Shown here: piece by piece, positions 1 to 13,571 of the stretch | Layout of the letters: each line of letters opens with the position of its first letter | Numbering within the stretch: the stretch's first letter is position 1 | Origin: Octopus vulgaris | Taxonomy: Eukaryota | Assembly (NCBI GenBank): GCA_951406725.2 | Contig: OX597814.1 | Span: forward strand, 140,616,001-140,680,000 | Direction: 5' to 3' | DNA: 64,000 nt | Translations under genes and position numbers: made by a program | Notes under the pieces: model-generated | Databases searched by the model: none | What the model was told of the DNA's origin: nothing | The model's input: only the letters and a program-made list of their open reading frames with translations

Positions 1-121
1 CATAGTTTCAAAACCCGTCAATATAATGCAATCCATTATACTTCATTTTAAATGCTTTCAAAACTTACAAAGTAGACTTTAAAATCAAAATACATTTTTT
101 TCAGAACTGTGACATACTTAC

Positions 122-256
122 TTGCTGAAAATTTATATTTGGTACATATGCAGCATATCTTTGTGTTGAATTGTAAGCTTGCTGTTCAAACTGCGGTTTT
201 AACCCATTTCTCGGTACATATGTTGACCGTATTAAGGGTTTAGCTTTTATTCGAGC
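122..256 (-). CDS. LARP4: LARP4 exon, end of RRM1 (ARIKAKPLIRSTYVPRNGLKPQFEQQAYNSTQRYAAYVPNINFQQ); the gene continues beyond the window
   Basis: aaacag acceptor, CAA|gtaagt donor, 135 nt, phase 0 to 0. Completes GKPIM-ARIKA. Confidence 0.93.
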
Positions 257-933
257 CTGTTTGTGAATACAAAATTCAACAGTTTAATATGATGATATGC
301 AAAATACAAGTGCGTAACTCTTTTTAATATTTTTCCTACACAAATATATATATCAAGAATAATGGCTGAGGCAGGGATGGTTTGACACTGCTTATGTGAA
401 TACAATGAGTTTGTACTATAGTAAGAAACCAATGTTTCTGGTCACTGCAAAAACACAAATTTGCAGGATTAAAAAAAATTCACCAAAACTATCCTGAAAT
501 AATCAGTTTACAAAACCCCTTATCAGTTGCAGAATTGATATCAGAGAAATTCCTATTAGACTCACTCCATAAAGTGAAGTCATTGTACTGATCAAATAGG
601 TCAAAAGATTGTTTTTATCTAAATGACCTAATTAGTATTGGGGGTTGCTGTAGTGGAGATATATCTAAAATAAAAAAATGGAGGGGTTCCAGATTTAATA
701 CCTCTGCTGATGAAGAAAGTTACTTTAAACGAAAGGCAAGGACAGAAATTAACATTGCAGCAGCAGCAATAGTAGTAGTAGTAGAAAACGATGTGAATGA
801 AGGTAAGTAGTGTAATCTGATTTGGTTCAATTTAAGGAGATAGGGAGAAGTTGCTTTTATAAACTGATCAATCTTTCAGTATGAAGCAGTTACCAGCAAA
901 TTCTGATAAGTAAATTTGTGTCTAAACACTTAC

Positions 934-1098
934 CATTATTGGTTTTCCAAGAAAAGACTTTACTTCTTCACGTAGATACTGGTAGGCTCTTTGAGCATCT
1001 TCATCAGAGTCAAAAGTCACATACCAATTATCATTGTGCGCAAATTCACAGCTAACGAATTTGGGGCAATTGCTACCGGAAAATAGAGTTTCAACATC
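934..1098 (-). CDS. LARP4: LARP4 exon, RRM1 ([55 protein letters not shown])
   Basis: cctatag acceptor, ATG|gtaagt donor, 165 nt, phase 0 to 0. SCEFAHN-NWY and YLREEVK-F-GKPIM are LARP4 motifs. Confidence 0.97.
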
Positions 1099-1349
1099 CT
1101 ATAGGAGGAGAGAGACAAGAAGTTATAAAAAGATAAGCAGGCACATTACGACAAGTAATATATATTCTAAACAACAGTAGCATTAAGTTCATATCTTCAA
1201 ACCAAGCAAAAAGTGAATTTTTACTATCTTCAGAGTAAAATAAAAATATTTTTGAAACATATTTTCATTCAGAAACTAGTTTGGTTATTCTTTTCAGTTT
1301 AATAGCCTGAATTGATAGAGCATGCATTGAATTTTTAAGAGAACCTTAC

Positions 1350-1453
1350 TTGAACGGGAGTAGATGCTGGAATTTCACGTAGTATCACAATACATCTGTT
1401 GTGATTAGGCCGCACCTTTTCACCTTTATCATCAACTTGTACATTCTGACACT
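1350..1453 (-). CDS. LARP4: LARP4 exon, end of La motif and start of RRM1 ([34 protein letters not shown])
   Basis: ttcatag acceptor, gtaag donor, 104 nt, phase 1 to 0. Close to human [25 protein letters not shown]. Confidence 0.97.
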
Positions 1454-1675
1454 CTATGAAGTAACATACAAAAATCACAGTATAAATACAGTGTATATAG
1501 GTAGTAAATTTAACATTAAATGGGAATATAAAATGTTAACAATTTACAATAACAAGTTTTTTTGATTGATATATTTCAAATAGTGTTTTTCTTACTAATT
1601 CAGCCAAGAAAAATTTAATATAAATTAAAGGAATTCACAGCAATTGAAACAGAAATGAATTTTTCAGCAACTCAC

Positions 1676-1812
1676 CTCGAAGAACATCCACAACCAGGTC
1701 GTGATTATTTGTCAATCGCTGAACCTGACTGAAATTTGCAACAGCCGATATAGCCACATACTGGTCAGCATCCATTTGTGACATTAAATATGTATCAGAT
1801 GTCAAGTTTTCT
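1676..1812 (-). CDS. LARP4: LARP4 exon, La motif ([45 protein letters not shown])
   Basis: tttacag acceptor, G|gtgag donor, 137 nt, phase 2 to 1. YLxSQMDxDQ is characteristic of LARP4. Confidence 0.97.
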
Positions 1813-1863
1813 CTGTAAAATGAAATTTAAGATCAATTTTGATTAAATTCATAAGCTTATATA

Positions 1864-2063
1864 CAGTAATTCCTCTACTATTGTGGGTGTTAATTCCAAC
1901 CCAACCCCTGTCATAGGTGAAAATCTGCTGACAGGGAAGTACTGTAGTGTATTTTGTCTTCTTATTTCTATAATTTGTATATATTCATTTTATAAATGCA
2001 AAACACCATGGAGGAATTGACGTAAGCTTAAATAATGAACCGCAATATGGGAAGGCATTACTG
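1864..2063. mobile_element. Tigger/pogo-like MITE
   Basis: ta-CAGTAATTCCTC ... AAGGCATTACTG imperfect TIR, 200 bp. Confidence 0.6.
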
Positions 2064-4192
2064 TGCATGCACACACACACATTGTTTTAACATCCAATTT
2101 GACAAGGATCAAACAATTTATTGAGGCAGTTTTTATACAGCCCTCCCTGTAGCCCCTGCCCCATCCACCTCACCGGTTTCTAAGCGAAGCAATATTTTGC
2201 CATTGCCAGATAAATTCCCACACAATACTGGAAATGATCAATTGTGCTCATTTGACAATAATACTCACAACTAACATGTGAAAACAAGACAAGACACACG
2301 TTACACAACAGGCTTCTTTCAGTCTTTGTATATCAAATCCACTCAAGATTTTGGTCGGCTATGGTAGCCAACAACCTACCATTTTACTAGTTTCATCGTA
2401 CCCATGGTCTTCGAAAGTCTATGAAGACATATCAAAGAATTGCAGGGGACAGACATTCTGAGAAGGTAAGAAACTAAGCTTTACTGAATGGCAATGGGAT
2501 CTTTGCGACAATATAGGTGATGAGGGAAGAGAGACAACTCAGTCAAGACAGTCTGACTAGAGGTGACAATTATTTCAGTAACAACAGAAAGGTTAACACA
2601 GCTTGTATGTGTGTGTGATTTCATGCCAATCAGTTAAATAGTCAGCCTTTGAATGTGGTCATGAATATCTAAGTGTGTAACAGCAGTATACAATTTCTGA
2701 TCAAAGTAATTGTTGGGGTTTGGGCTTATTTGTTTTGATTCCAAAGAGAAAGGTCAATTTTGAGATGCAATTTTACTACATTAAGGATCTGCATTGGAAA
2801 CAGTTTGATATTTGAAGCAAATGCAAGGGTGGCATTTGTGCATTGCTCACGCACGCATGTTGCACTGTGAATTTTTTTTTTAAATCTATGCAGTGATTAA
2901 GTATTTCCTTTTTGCTATGAATAAGACACAATTGACCGGACCTCCAATGGAAAATATTCCAGGCTTCTGTTCGTGAAGGGAGTAGAGATTTAGTATGGGG
3001 TATCTAACTATCCATTCATATGTGCTAAAGACTAAGGAGGAATGAAAGATGGTGTTTTGTGGGAGTGGGCATTGTTGGAAGAGAAAGCAAAAAGGTCACT
3101 GATATATAAAAGGAAGAGGGGGGAGGGCACTGACCAGAAGGGAGAAATGAGCATTATCGGCATTATGATAGCCTAATTTGACAAGAAGCAAAGAAACCAA
3201 GAGACAAAAGAGGTGGAAGGGGCCCATAAGGAGATAGTTTTGACAAAAAACTTTATATGCCAAAGAGAGTAAAAACATTTGATGTTGAAAGCAACAATGC
3301 ATTCATCAACAGAGAGCTCATTGCTGAATGACACAGGACACTATAGAATCTTAGGACACCAACATTTTATACAAGCCTGCAAAAGTTAGCAAGCAAAACA
3401 AGTGGATGAATTTATATCATAAAATACTAAAAACAATTACTAGTAACTCTGCTTACCAGTCCATGACACCACTTTAGTTCACATCAATTTTTTTTTAATA
3501 AGCAAATATCTCATGAATATTTAATGAACTCGTGTTTAGTTGAAATCTCACCCAAACCTTTATATGACTCACTCATTTCTATTATGCTGGCACTATCACA
3601 TTTATTTTGTAATATCATTACTTTTTTTTAAGAAAATATAAATTATCAATATAGAGCAAAGATAGCCAAAGCCTTCTGATTACCAACTCACCTGCACTCA
3701 TACTTCTCTAATACTAACATCATTATCTAAACTGAAACCCTTTATCAAAAATTCATTATAATTCATGTTCCAAACACCAGTTTAACAACAAACCAATTTT
3801 ACAAAAATTACAGAAAGAAAAGCTGTAAATTTTTTTTAAATATAACAAAAGGATTAATTCTTTCCACAACTTGTTTTTTTTTTTTAATAGTTTTTTTCTA
3901 CAATTTTATATACATAACAGGAAAAAGTAGTTTTAGATCAATTTATTGCTAACACCTTCAGCACTAACAAATATATTTTCCTAGAAATTTTTTATAAGCA
4001 TAGAAACCCCTAATTTTGCTACATCCAAGATATTCAAAAGAACAGTTAAGCATTCCCCTATAAATCTCTCTCCTATTGAACACATTGCCTATTATGACTG
4101 CATTCTTAGTACACTTTATGACTTGTAAACTTATAAATAAATTTGGGGAACTATACTGATACAAAATCGGTTAAAAACAAAATAAAAAATAC

Positions 4193-4280
4193 CTTGAGAA
4201 ATAGTACTCCAATTGTGTCTTGAGCAACCGACGGATCTGCTCTTCAGACAGAGTCCCATCAAGCTGAGTCTTACTGTCAT
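4193..4280 (-). CDS. LARP4: LARP4 exon, start of the La motif (DSKTQLDGTLSEEQIRRLLKTQLEYYFS)
   Basis: ttttcccag acceptor, AG|gtatt donor, 88 nt, phase 1 to 2. QLEYYFS is the La-motif signature. Confidence 0.95.
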
Positions 4281-6086
4281 CTGGGAAAAAAAGAAAATTA
4301 AAACACATTTGCATGAAATGCTTTTTTTTTTCCCCTAGCTAGCTATGAATAGATGGAGTGTTTCAAATTCCAAATGCTAACTAGTTAAAAGATACTGTAT
4401 TTGGTGGCATATAAGATACACTTTACAAAAAAAAAAAAAAAAAAAAAAAATCTCAGAAAATCACCCAAGGCCCTATATTATATTTTCCTGAACATGCACT
4501 GCTGAAATTTGGGTATGACTAGTATGTTGTGCATATTTTATGCTATCAGATCCAATAACTCATAACTACAAATGAGGAAAATGGACATCTAAAAAAATTT
4601 TGATTTCGATTATTGCAAGTGCAGTGTGAAAATTTTACAAGCAAAATTCATTTATCAATACTAGTATTAAGAAATTGTAATAGCTTTTAGTCTAAATTGC
4701 TAGAGTAAATCTAGTGATTTTTTTAATTTTTTTTTTTATTACTTAGCATGAATTTCTAAAGAAAATATAAAAATATCCAAAAGACACCTAAATGAAAGAT
4801 ATCCAGTCCCTAGAAGATTAAAGTAAATAAGGTAGAGATGATAATCTCCCTAGTTATGCTGCAGTGATAGACGAGCAAACTGGCTGTGTTGATGGCAGAA
4901 GTGACATCTCCAGTTATAAAACCCAACCTCAACTGCAAACTTAAGTGTAAATGCATTGACAGTCAGCATAGTACACATTGATTTATGTTGCAGACATGTG
5001 GAGCTCTGCTGTTTTGCATACCCATTCCAATACCAGTTTGCTAAAATGGGTGAAAAACAAGCAATGATACAATTACATAATTTTCTTATTTGCAATGGTC
5101 GAAACTGAACAAATACAGAATAATTATAGAGAAATACTGCTGATTGATTAGCAACCAGCACATTTTATTGTCTGAATGTGATCACTTCATTTTGAAGAGA
5201 TGGCATAGAGATTCTAAGGTGTTATGTGTACCCTGTATAACATTTGATTTTTCATTGCAAATTTGAACATTTGGTTATGAAGTGGAAGAAGTAGCTATTT
5301 CAGCAAGTTACAAAGGAGCAATGTCTCTAGACTGTGGCACAACAGAATGATTGATAATGAAAGATTTATAATCTTATTTTCTTGTACCCACTAGAACTAT
5401 TAATTTTATCACATCAAAATTTTCATAAGAAACAACAGCAAAAATTAAACTTCCTGTAATTTGAAAGGGATGTATATATATATATATATGAGAACATTTT
5501 TCCATCGTTTTTGATTTCACTTAAAATTAAATATTTCATGGTACATCTAATATTGTTCTCATATCATTACCTTGAATCTAAGATTTCATAACTACTTTAA
5601 TCACTTGAAATCTACGCTAAATTCAAATACCATGAACTGAACTTGTCAGGCTTTTTGAGCATTACATTCATCACAACCACATCCTTGTTCAATACCCATT
5701 CTCATATGGTTGTACCAAGACTTTGTAGTCAAAAGTTGAAGTCAGTAAAAATGCACAAATTCCATCTTAGTGTAAATTGCAATATAATGAGCTAAAAAAT
5801 GTTCAGTTTCACAGATACTAGTTTGTTTGCCTCTATGAAGGAGGATCTAAACCTTTCAGGTTACATTCACTTAAGTTTTATTCCATCAAAGCTTTAATAT
5901 CGAAAATGAAACGTTATGCATCTGATTTTTAGTTTCATAAACAGAAGAGTCAGAGTTGGAATCAATGGTACCAAAGGGTTTTTGTGTACAGACTCCGCAG
6001 CCCTCGCTTACACCCAATTTTCTTCTTCCTTACAACATAAAAAGGGAAGATCTTGAATTTAAATGTATTAAAACTGAGTACACTAC

Positions 6087-6368
6087 CTTGCAAGGCAACA
6101 GTTTCAGTTGTAGAATATATAATTGGATTACTGGTTGCTGCAATTCCAGTGGTCCCAATTATTGTCCCACTACTAGCAGCTGCAGAACCAGAATTACTAC
6201 TCTGATCTGCTGCTGGCACTGTAGGTGAGGTTGTCAGTGTTCCGGGTGTGGCTGTAAACTCTGCAGATGTAGCTTGTAGTGGGGATTCAGCTGCAGTAGC
6301 GACTGTAGAGAATAACCCACCACCAGTCTCTAGCTTGTTTATGTCACCATTTGCAAAGTGGAAGTTTC
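6087..6368 (-). CDS. LARP4: LARP4 exon encoding a Ser/Thr/Ala/Gly-rich linker
   Basis: tttcccag acceptor, CAAG|gtagtg donor, 282 nt, phase 1 to 1. Lies inside ORF 5962..6441(-). Confidence 0.85.
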
Positions 6369-8452
6369 CTGGGAAAATATTAAAATGATAGATAGTAAGA
6401 GAGAAAAGGTGCTTTAACACAAGAATATACCTTATAAACAAAACAATGTTACTAGAGAAATTTTGTTAATAATTTCCAAACAAGCATATTAAAAACCACA
6501 GCCATTAATGCTTAAAAGGAAATGTATTTCCCATAGGTTTCTGTGTAACATGCAATCCAAAAAAGGCTTCATGTTATGACCAAGATTTTCCAGAACACAA
6601 TGTTTCCACAATGCAGGGGATGCCTGTACTAAGAACCTACTACCTCATGTCTTCTTCCACTGCCATTTATAGGTTTAAAGCAAAATTCATTGTTACAGCA
6701 AAATGCTGGTTACAAACCTATAAATTAAACTTAGAGAAACTTCTGCACAATTGTGGTTACAGTTTAAAAAAAAAAAAAAGACATTACAAAACAAAAATGC
6801 CATTAAGAAAGATTATTGTTTTTCTGGGTTTTTTTTTCTTTTTCACAATTTTTTTTTAATGTGAATCCAATTAAGCTAGAACTTTCTGAAGCTCAGATTT
6901 ACATATTTTCTGTAAAGAGAATATACAACAAAGGTCTGCTATTTTGACCACACCAGCAAGGATAAAAGGTTACGTCAAACCAGGTGAGATTTGAACTTGG
7001 ATCACAAAGAGACAACCAAATATCATTTTATCTGCCATTTACTGCTCTGATTATATTTAGAGTATTACAAAAGATTATAGAACTATCTCATGAAAGCTAT
7101 ACCAACTCCCTACCAAAACAATATAATATACACATTTTTTTCTTGTTTAAATAATTAGATCTTTGTTTTAAATGATCACAAGTTAGAATAAGGCAAATTA
7201 AAAAGAGAAATAAGTCGTTATCAATAATAAATGAAAATATCTCAATAACATGGCCACAGCTCATAAGCTGAAACTAGAATCTATCAATCAATCAACAAAA
7301 GTTTTAAATGTAAGTACCAAATAGGAATAAAATGCACAAGCATAAAGTAATACAAACGTTCACTGGAGGGTAGGAGTTGCATAACACTGGTAACTTAAGA
7401 AATAGTAATATTTATTTTGGAAAATGAATATTTTTAAGGAAGCCAATATGAGAAAATTGGTCAGTTGTCTTGCTTCAGCTCTAACTCAAATCACTTTATG
7501 ACAATCCAGTTTCATTCCAGTTTTTTGATCACTTAATCCAGAATAGCTTTCCCCTAAAACTAGAATAATAAGCTTGTGAGCAGCCATTTCCATCTTCAAA
7601 TTACTTAAATCAGAGTTTCCTACATTCTATATGACTATCAATTGTCTAAGCCAGCAGGTATTTGCATCACTCTGCATCTGAATGCAGCACATTTTTGTAA
7701 ATCTTCAGCAAAGTAGTATTGTCAGCTACAGGCTTTTCAAGGTTAGAGAGTGATTGATACAGTTGATAATCAGTCAAAACACTGGTAAACTGTCATTTGC
7801 AGGAGAAATATAGGCAGAGAGATGGGAGTAAAGCTTGACCAAGTGATTAGTATGGAATGCTGGGTTACTGAGCCTACACAGTGGGACAGATACGCAGCAA
7901 AATAGCTCAGGAATAGAGAGCATTGAAGTAGGAAAGGGAAGGAGAAAAAAGAGCTAGAGAGCAGATAGTACACATGGATCAGAGGTTGTAGTGGGTTCGT
8001 TACTTTTGCAAATCAGTAGAATCACTTCTATTTGGATGCAGATTCAGGATTTTTGCACGAGTGTCCCAGCTATAGAATTTCCTTGAGCTGCATTAAGCAT
8101 CATCAAGCAATAAAATCCTTTCTGATCTTTAAGGGGAATGTTGTTTTGGGACTAGCAGTTTTGCATGTGAGATCTTCAGAAAAGATATGCAAGACATAAC
8201 AGTTACAGCAATTGTAAAGCTTTTAGTGAAGGGGTAGGGATTTGTTCATGACAATACATAGTGAGATACAAGATTATTTCCTTTATTAGTAGTGATTGCA
8301 TAAATTAGTTTTTTTCTTCTGAGTCTAAACACTATTGAATGAAAATGAATGTGGCCATCATCACACTCTACATGTTTGCCTTGCCTACAAGGAATTACTA
8401 TTACAATTTTTTTTTACTTATTACAAAATTACATATATATATATATAGCTGT

Positions 8453-8819
8453 ATTTGTTTGTCATATGACTGTGGCCATGCTGGAGCACCACATTTAGTC
8501 GAACAAATCGGCCACAAGACATTCTTTTTAAGCCTAGTACTTTATCGGTCTCTTGTGCTGAACCACCAGCTTATGGGGATGTAAATATGCCAACACTGTT
8601 TGTCAAGCAATGGTGGGGGAACAAACACACACACACACATATATATATACACACACACAGGGATTCTTTCAGTTTCCGAATGCCAAATCCACTCACAAAG
8701 CTTTGGGCAACTCAAGGCTATAATAGAGGACACTCGCCCAAGGTGTCACGCAGTGGGACTGAACCCAGAACCATGAGTTTGGTAAGCAAGCTACTTATCA
8801 CATAGCCACCCCTGCACCT
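8453..8819 (-). mobile_element. Near full-length tRNA-derived SINE (octopus OR-like family)
   Basis: Head GTGGCTATGTGATAAG...GGTTCAGTCCCAC, CORE-like CCTTGGGCGAGTGTC, internal (TG)n, tail CCAGCATGGCCACAGTC. Many copies in the window. Confidence 0.8.
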
Positions 8820-9497
8820 AGATATAAAATTTATGCAGTTTTATTTTATCCATTATAACAAACACTACAACTCTTGGTAGCCATGTAGTCTAGCAAAATA
8901 AGTTTCATGCTTTGTTCTTGCCACAGCACAATGGACATAGCCAAGTTGGAACTTCTATATTTATATTGCACAGCTGATGTCAAATTAAACATGGTATTCA
9001 AGTAAATCAAAAAGAAACAATATAGAAAACTGTATCAAAAAGAGAAAAAACAAAAACCAAAGTAAAAACAAAAATAGTTGAATATATTTAAGTATAACTG
9101 TTGCGTCATTCACTCTCATATTTTTCCTTCATGGTTATCGGAAGGGCTTTTTGGCCATATCCAGCTGCTCAAGTATTTCTCTTGCATAGGACAAAACTTA
9201 AAACATTCTTACATAAAAATGACATTCTTGTTTGAAAGCCTCAATTACTGGTAAATTAAAAGTGAAATGTCAATCCATTCAAATTATGTTCAAAACCTCC
9301 GTATGAAATGAGTTATTTCCAGTACACACTAGCCTGATCAATATCTTATATCTGATAGACAGTGAAATTTAAAGAAAGGTTCTCACGTTTTCCAATGACA
9401 GTTATAAGCTCGATTTGTTTAACTCTTAATACGAATCTAGTTCTGTTCTAAGAATAAAATTTCAAGTTAATTTACATTCTTAAACACCAGCTTAATA

Positions 9498-9821
9498 CTG
9501 GCAATCCATTGCTTATGATGACAAGGGTTCCAGTTAATCTGATCAACGGAACAGCTTGCTTGAGTGATTAACAAGCAAGCGGCTGAACACTCCAGTCATA
9601 TGTACCCTTAACATAGTTCTCAGGGAGATTCAGCATGGCACTGAGTGTGACATGGCTGGCTTCTTGAAATACAGGTACTACACATTTCTGCCAGCTGAGT
9701 GAACTGGAGCAACATGAAATAAAGTGTCTTGCTCAAGAACACATTGTGCAACCAGGAACCGAACTCACAACCCTACAATCGCAAGCCAAATAACTTAACG
9801 ACTAAGCCACGTGCCTTCACA
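9498..9821 (-). mobile_element. tRNA-derived SINE with a 12-bp target-site duplication, inserted into a MITE remnant
   Basis: A-box TGGCTTAGTCGTT, B-box GTTCGGTTCC and CORE-like TTGAGCAAGACACTT on the minus strand. accagcttaata occurs at 9486-9497 and 9822-9833. Confidence 0.85.
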
Positions 9822-11789
9822 ACCAGCTTAATAACAACCCAAGTTATTTTACTTAATTCTTCATTATTTTCGAATTTAACTGCAAGAAAAGTAGTGTATT
9901 TGAACAGAAATATAAGAGAGTTAACTTTGCTTAAAATTACATATGATGCACTTCATTTGCTTTTTATTGTAAAATATTTCCTGTTAGCTGCTGAAATTAT
10001 CTTATTAAAATTTTCCTTGCACGTCTCTCAAATTCTAGGCCCTATTTCTTTGGTCTACCAGTTACATACCAAGATAAGGGAGTAAAAACAAGAAATATAT
10101 ATTCACTATGAACCAAATCTTAAATGTTAAATTTTGGATTTAAATGCTTATTCACCATGGTTCACTACAGCTATCTGAAACAGTTGTAGTGAACCTCAAC
10201 CTGTCATGGGTTGCACAGTTCAACTGGGCTGGCATGCTGGAAGGCTGCACCAGGCACCAGTCTGATTTGGCATGGTTTTCTATGGCTGGATGCCCTTCCT
10301 AATGCCAACCACTCCAAGAGTGTAATGGGTGCTTTTGCAGGCCACCTGGCAACATGCAGAGAGTTGCCATTATGGAGAGGAGAGCATCAAAAGGGAGTCA
10401 TAACCTACAACCCCTTCGTCCATGGGTAGCCATGTCACTTTTATAACTAGTTTAATTGCTAGTTTGATTTATATTAAAATAAGACAATATTTTGACCAAA
10501 TTTCTCAATATGGTGAAAATAATCTCACCAAGACCAAGTCACAACAACTATGGTACAGCCCCAGTGTACTTATGTTATACACATGAAAACACAAATGTAG
10601 CTTACAGAAAATGCACTTTAGTAGCAAAACAAGTGTCACAGAAATGCTTGTATTTGTAAGCAATGCAATCTCTCAAATGCCCAATATTTTATCATCATCA
10701 CTGTTTTAATGCCCACTCTTCCATGTTTGCATGGTTCAGACAGAATTCATTAAGATAGATTTTCTAAAGCTGAATACTCTTCCTGTCACCAACCCTCACC
10801 TGTTTTTAAGAAGGTAGTATTTTATATGCCAGGACAGATTTCAAAGTAAGACTGGAAATAAATGGAGATGCCAAAGCAAAGAAACCACAAACACTTTCAC
10901 TCATGTATAAATATATTTCTGTTGAGAGTGTTGAGGGTTTGTTTGAGTTTCCACCTACCAAATCCACTCAAGGCTTCAGTCATCTTGAAATTATTGGTGC
11001 AATGCACATGTCCAAGGTATTACAGAGGGAGTGGACTCTGAACCATATGGTTGGAAAGTAAACTTTTTAACTGCCCTGCCATGCCTGCACTTATGCGCAT
11101 GCACACAAATCTCAACATCATAATTTAATGTCAGTCATCCAATGCTGACTATGTTGAATGCTTTCAAAAGTATCTGTTGAGCCAGCTGACTGAGTTGGGA
11201 GCCAATATACCTTCTTAATTCCAATCACTGTACAGAAGGTACTGGATGTTTTTTCATGGCACAAAAACTAGAGAGGCCACTCACTAAGATGAAGAAAAAG
11301 CCTCCCAAACAGACTGGTGGTGCAATGCAAAGTGGGGATGACTTTAAACCAGGTGATGAGGCTAAAGTATGATAGATGAACAGGAACAGAAGTCTTGCTA
11401 TATACAAAACGCATGCCTACCCAGCATTATACAAAGGTGGGAGTAGCTGGAAAGAGGTAGAATCATAGTGACGTGGAGTCAGAATATATATTAAAGATGC
11501 AAAGCTGGTGATGTATAAGAAAGAATATGAGCAGAGAGCAGGAAATGGTGGGTAGATAAGTTAGTAAGAATGTGAGGAGGGAGTGACAAATGGTTGAGAC
11601 AGGGATAAAAGTGAATGTAACGAATGAATGAACAAGAGAGTGGCCCTGGAAGGTGGTAAATGGCAGTACAGAAAGAGTGGAAAGCTGAAGTATAATAAAC
11701 CTGTAGATAGTTATGGTTCATGGTGTGCAGGGTAGAGGAGACAAACAGTAAGAGATGGTAGCAGATGTACAGCAAGTGCTACACTTACA

Positions 11790-12060
11790 CAGGATAGCTG
11801 TTTGCCAACCACATGATTCAGGGTTTTGTCCCACTGCGTGGCATTTTGGCCACGTGTCTTCTACTATAATCCCAAGCGGACCAAAGCCTTGTGAATGGAT
11901 TTGGTAGACAGAAATTGAAAGCATTGTGTGCTGTATGTGTGAATGTAAGCATGTTTTTCCTTGCCTTGACATCATGTGATATTTGTAAATGAGTGTTACC
12001 AGTATCATTCATTTCCAATATTCTGAGAAAGCATGCCTGACCATGAAGAATGGCCATCCA
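11790..12060 (+). mobile_element. SINE, same head family
   Basis: gtcccactgcgtggca...gaccaaagccttgtgaatggatttggtagacagaaattgaaag. Confidence 0.7.
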
Positions 12061-12556
12061 ACATAAGAGGGATAATACTTGCAGTTAACAAACATGAAGA
12101 AATTAAATAATTTCCTTTTAAGCTTCAAGTTATTTTTATTGGTAAGCAAGCAAAGAGAAAAATATTTTCAAAGACAATTTGATTGAAACAAAGGATTATT
12201 TTGTCAACATTACAGCACTATTTGAATTAAATCTTTTTAAACCATCTGCAAAAGTTTTGTTTTAGTTCAATAAACCTGCACATGGAAACAGTCCATAACA
12301 TCCCTGCCCATCAGCTTGAAAAAGTAAGTAGAATGTGGATTAATTCATTTCAACTTTGCCTAGAAAGGCTTAAAAAGTTTTGTGTAAAGTTGGAATGGAT
12401 GTCATCATCACCATTGCTTAATATCCATTTTTCCATACTTGCATGGCTCTGGCAGAATTTGTTGGGGGCCTTTCTATAGAAGGATCCCCTTCCTGTTGCC
12501 AACACTTGTTTGCAAGTTAGGTATGATCATTTCAACAGAATGGAAATGCTTGTATT

Positions 12557-12730
12557 TGGCGAGCTGGCAGAATCATTGGCATGCCAGGCAAAATGTTTGG
12601 TGGCTAATTCCACTGAGGCCAACTTTGCCATTTATCCTTTTGGAGTCAATGAAATAGATACCAGTTACGTACTGAGCTCAATGGAATCAACTCTCCCAAA
12701 ATTTCAACCCTTGTGCATTTAGTAGAAAAA
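12557..12730 (+). mobile_element. tRNA-derived SINE of a second family (CpG-decayed copy)
   Basis: gagctggcagaatc head and the central motif ggccaactttgccatttatccttttggagtcaatgaaatagataccag. Homologous to 54634-54802. Confidence 0.7.
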
Positions 12731-13299
12731 AATTGATACTTATTTACAACCATCACATGTCAAGACACGGGCGCACACACACACACACAGAGCAGGCTTC
12801 CAGTTTTCATCTCATAAATCCCCTCACAAGGCACTGGTTGGTTCAGGACTATAGAAGACCCTTGTTTAAAACTTCAGCGGTAGCAGTCAGATTACTGTCA
12901 GTTGTAATACTTTTCTACTGTTTGGAATTAATCATGCACTATCTCACAGCTTTGAGACATGATGTGATTGTATATTTTTAGAATGACATTGTAGGGTTGA
13001 TGTAAGAGGCTGGTTCTGGCCAGATTGAACATAAAACAGGTAGAATATGTGGGCCAGATATGGCCAGTTTAAATACAAAGGGGTTAAGGTGCCACACAGT
13101 GGGACTTAGCCTTGTAGTTGGAATGCAAGTATCTCAATTACATAGCCACGGTTGCATCTACCATTTTAGTTTTAGAATTAGAAAAATATTCAAGCTTAAA
13201 ACAGCTTTTTTGAATTATGAAAATTCTCATGCATTTTTAAGTAGCCAAAAGTATCTGGAAAGACACCTTGTTTAAATATTTAAAAACAGTATTACTTAC

Positions 13300-13393
13300 C
13301 GTCAGTACTAATATCATCCCACTGATGAATGTCCTGTTGTTTACTTAAAAACACAGTTGCATTAGGGTTTAATCCAGCGCTCTTCTGAGTGAC
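13300..13393 (-). CDS. LARP4: LARP4 exon carrying the PAM2 motif (VTQKSAGLNPNATVFLSKQQDIHQWDDISTD)
   Basis: ttttgatag acceptor, G|gtaagt donor, 94 nt, phase 0 to 1. GLNPNATVF aligns with human LARP4 GLNPNAKVW. Confidence 0.93.
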
Positions 13394-13571
13394 CTATCAA
13401 AACAAGACAAAGATTAGTCATATATAGAGATCAAATCGTATACAAATACATTTTCAAATAGCCAGCTGAAAGCGATTAAAAATTTTTTTCACTTATAAGA
13501 AACAAGTGTTGCCTGCCCAACATAAAAACTGCTTAATGCAAGAAAACGGCCTTAAAACCTTAATTGGTTAA

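Noticed and set aside
707-740. Hammerhead-like CTGATGA...GAAA
   Set aside because: Stem II lacks the closing pair and I could not build stems I and III with a cleavage triplet.
9750-9821. tRNA gene
   Set aside because: The A and B boxes belong to a SINE head. There is no cloverleaf, and it runs into a SINE body bounded by TSDs.
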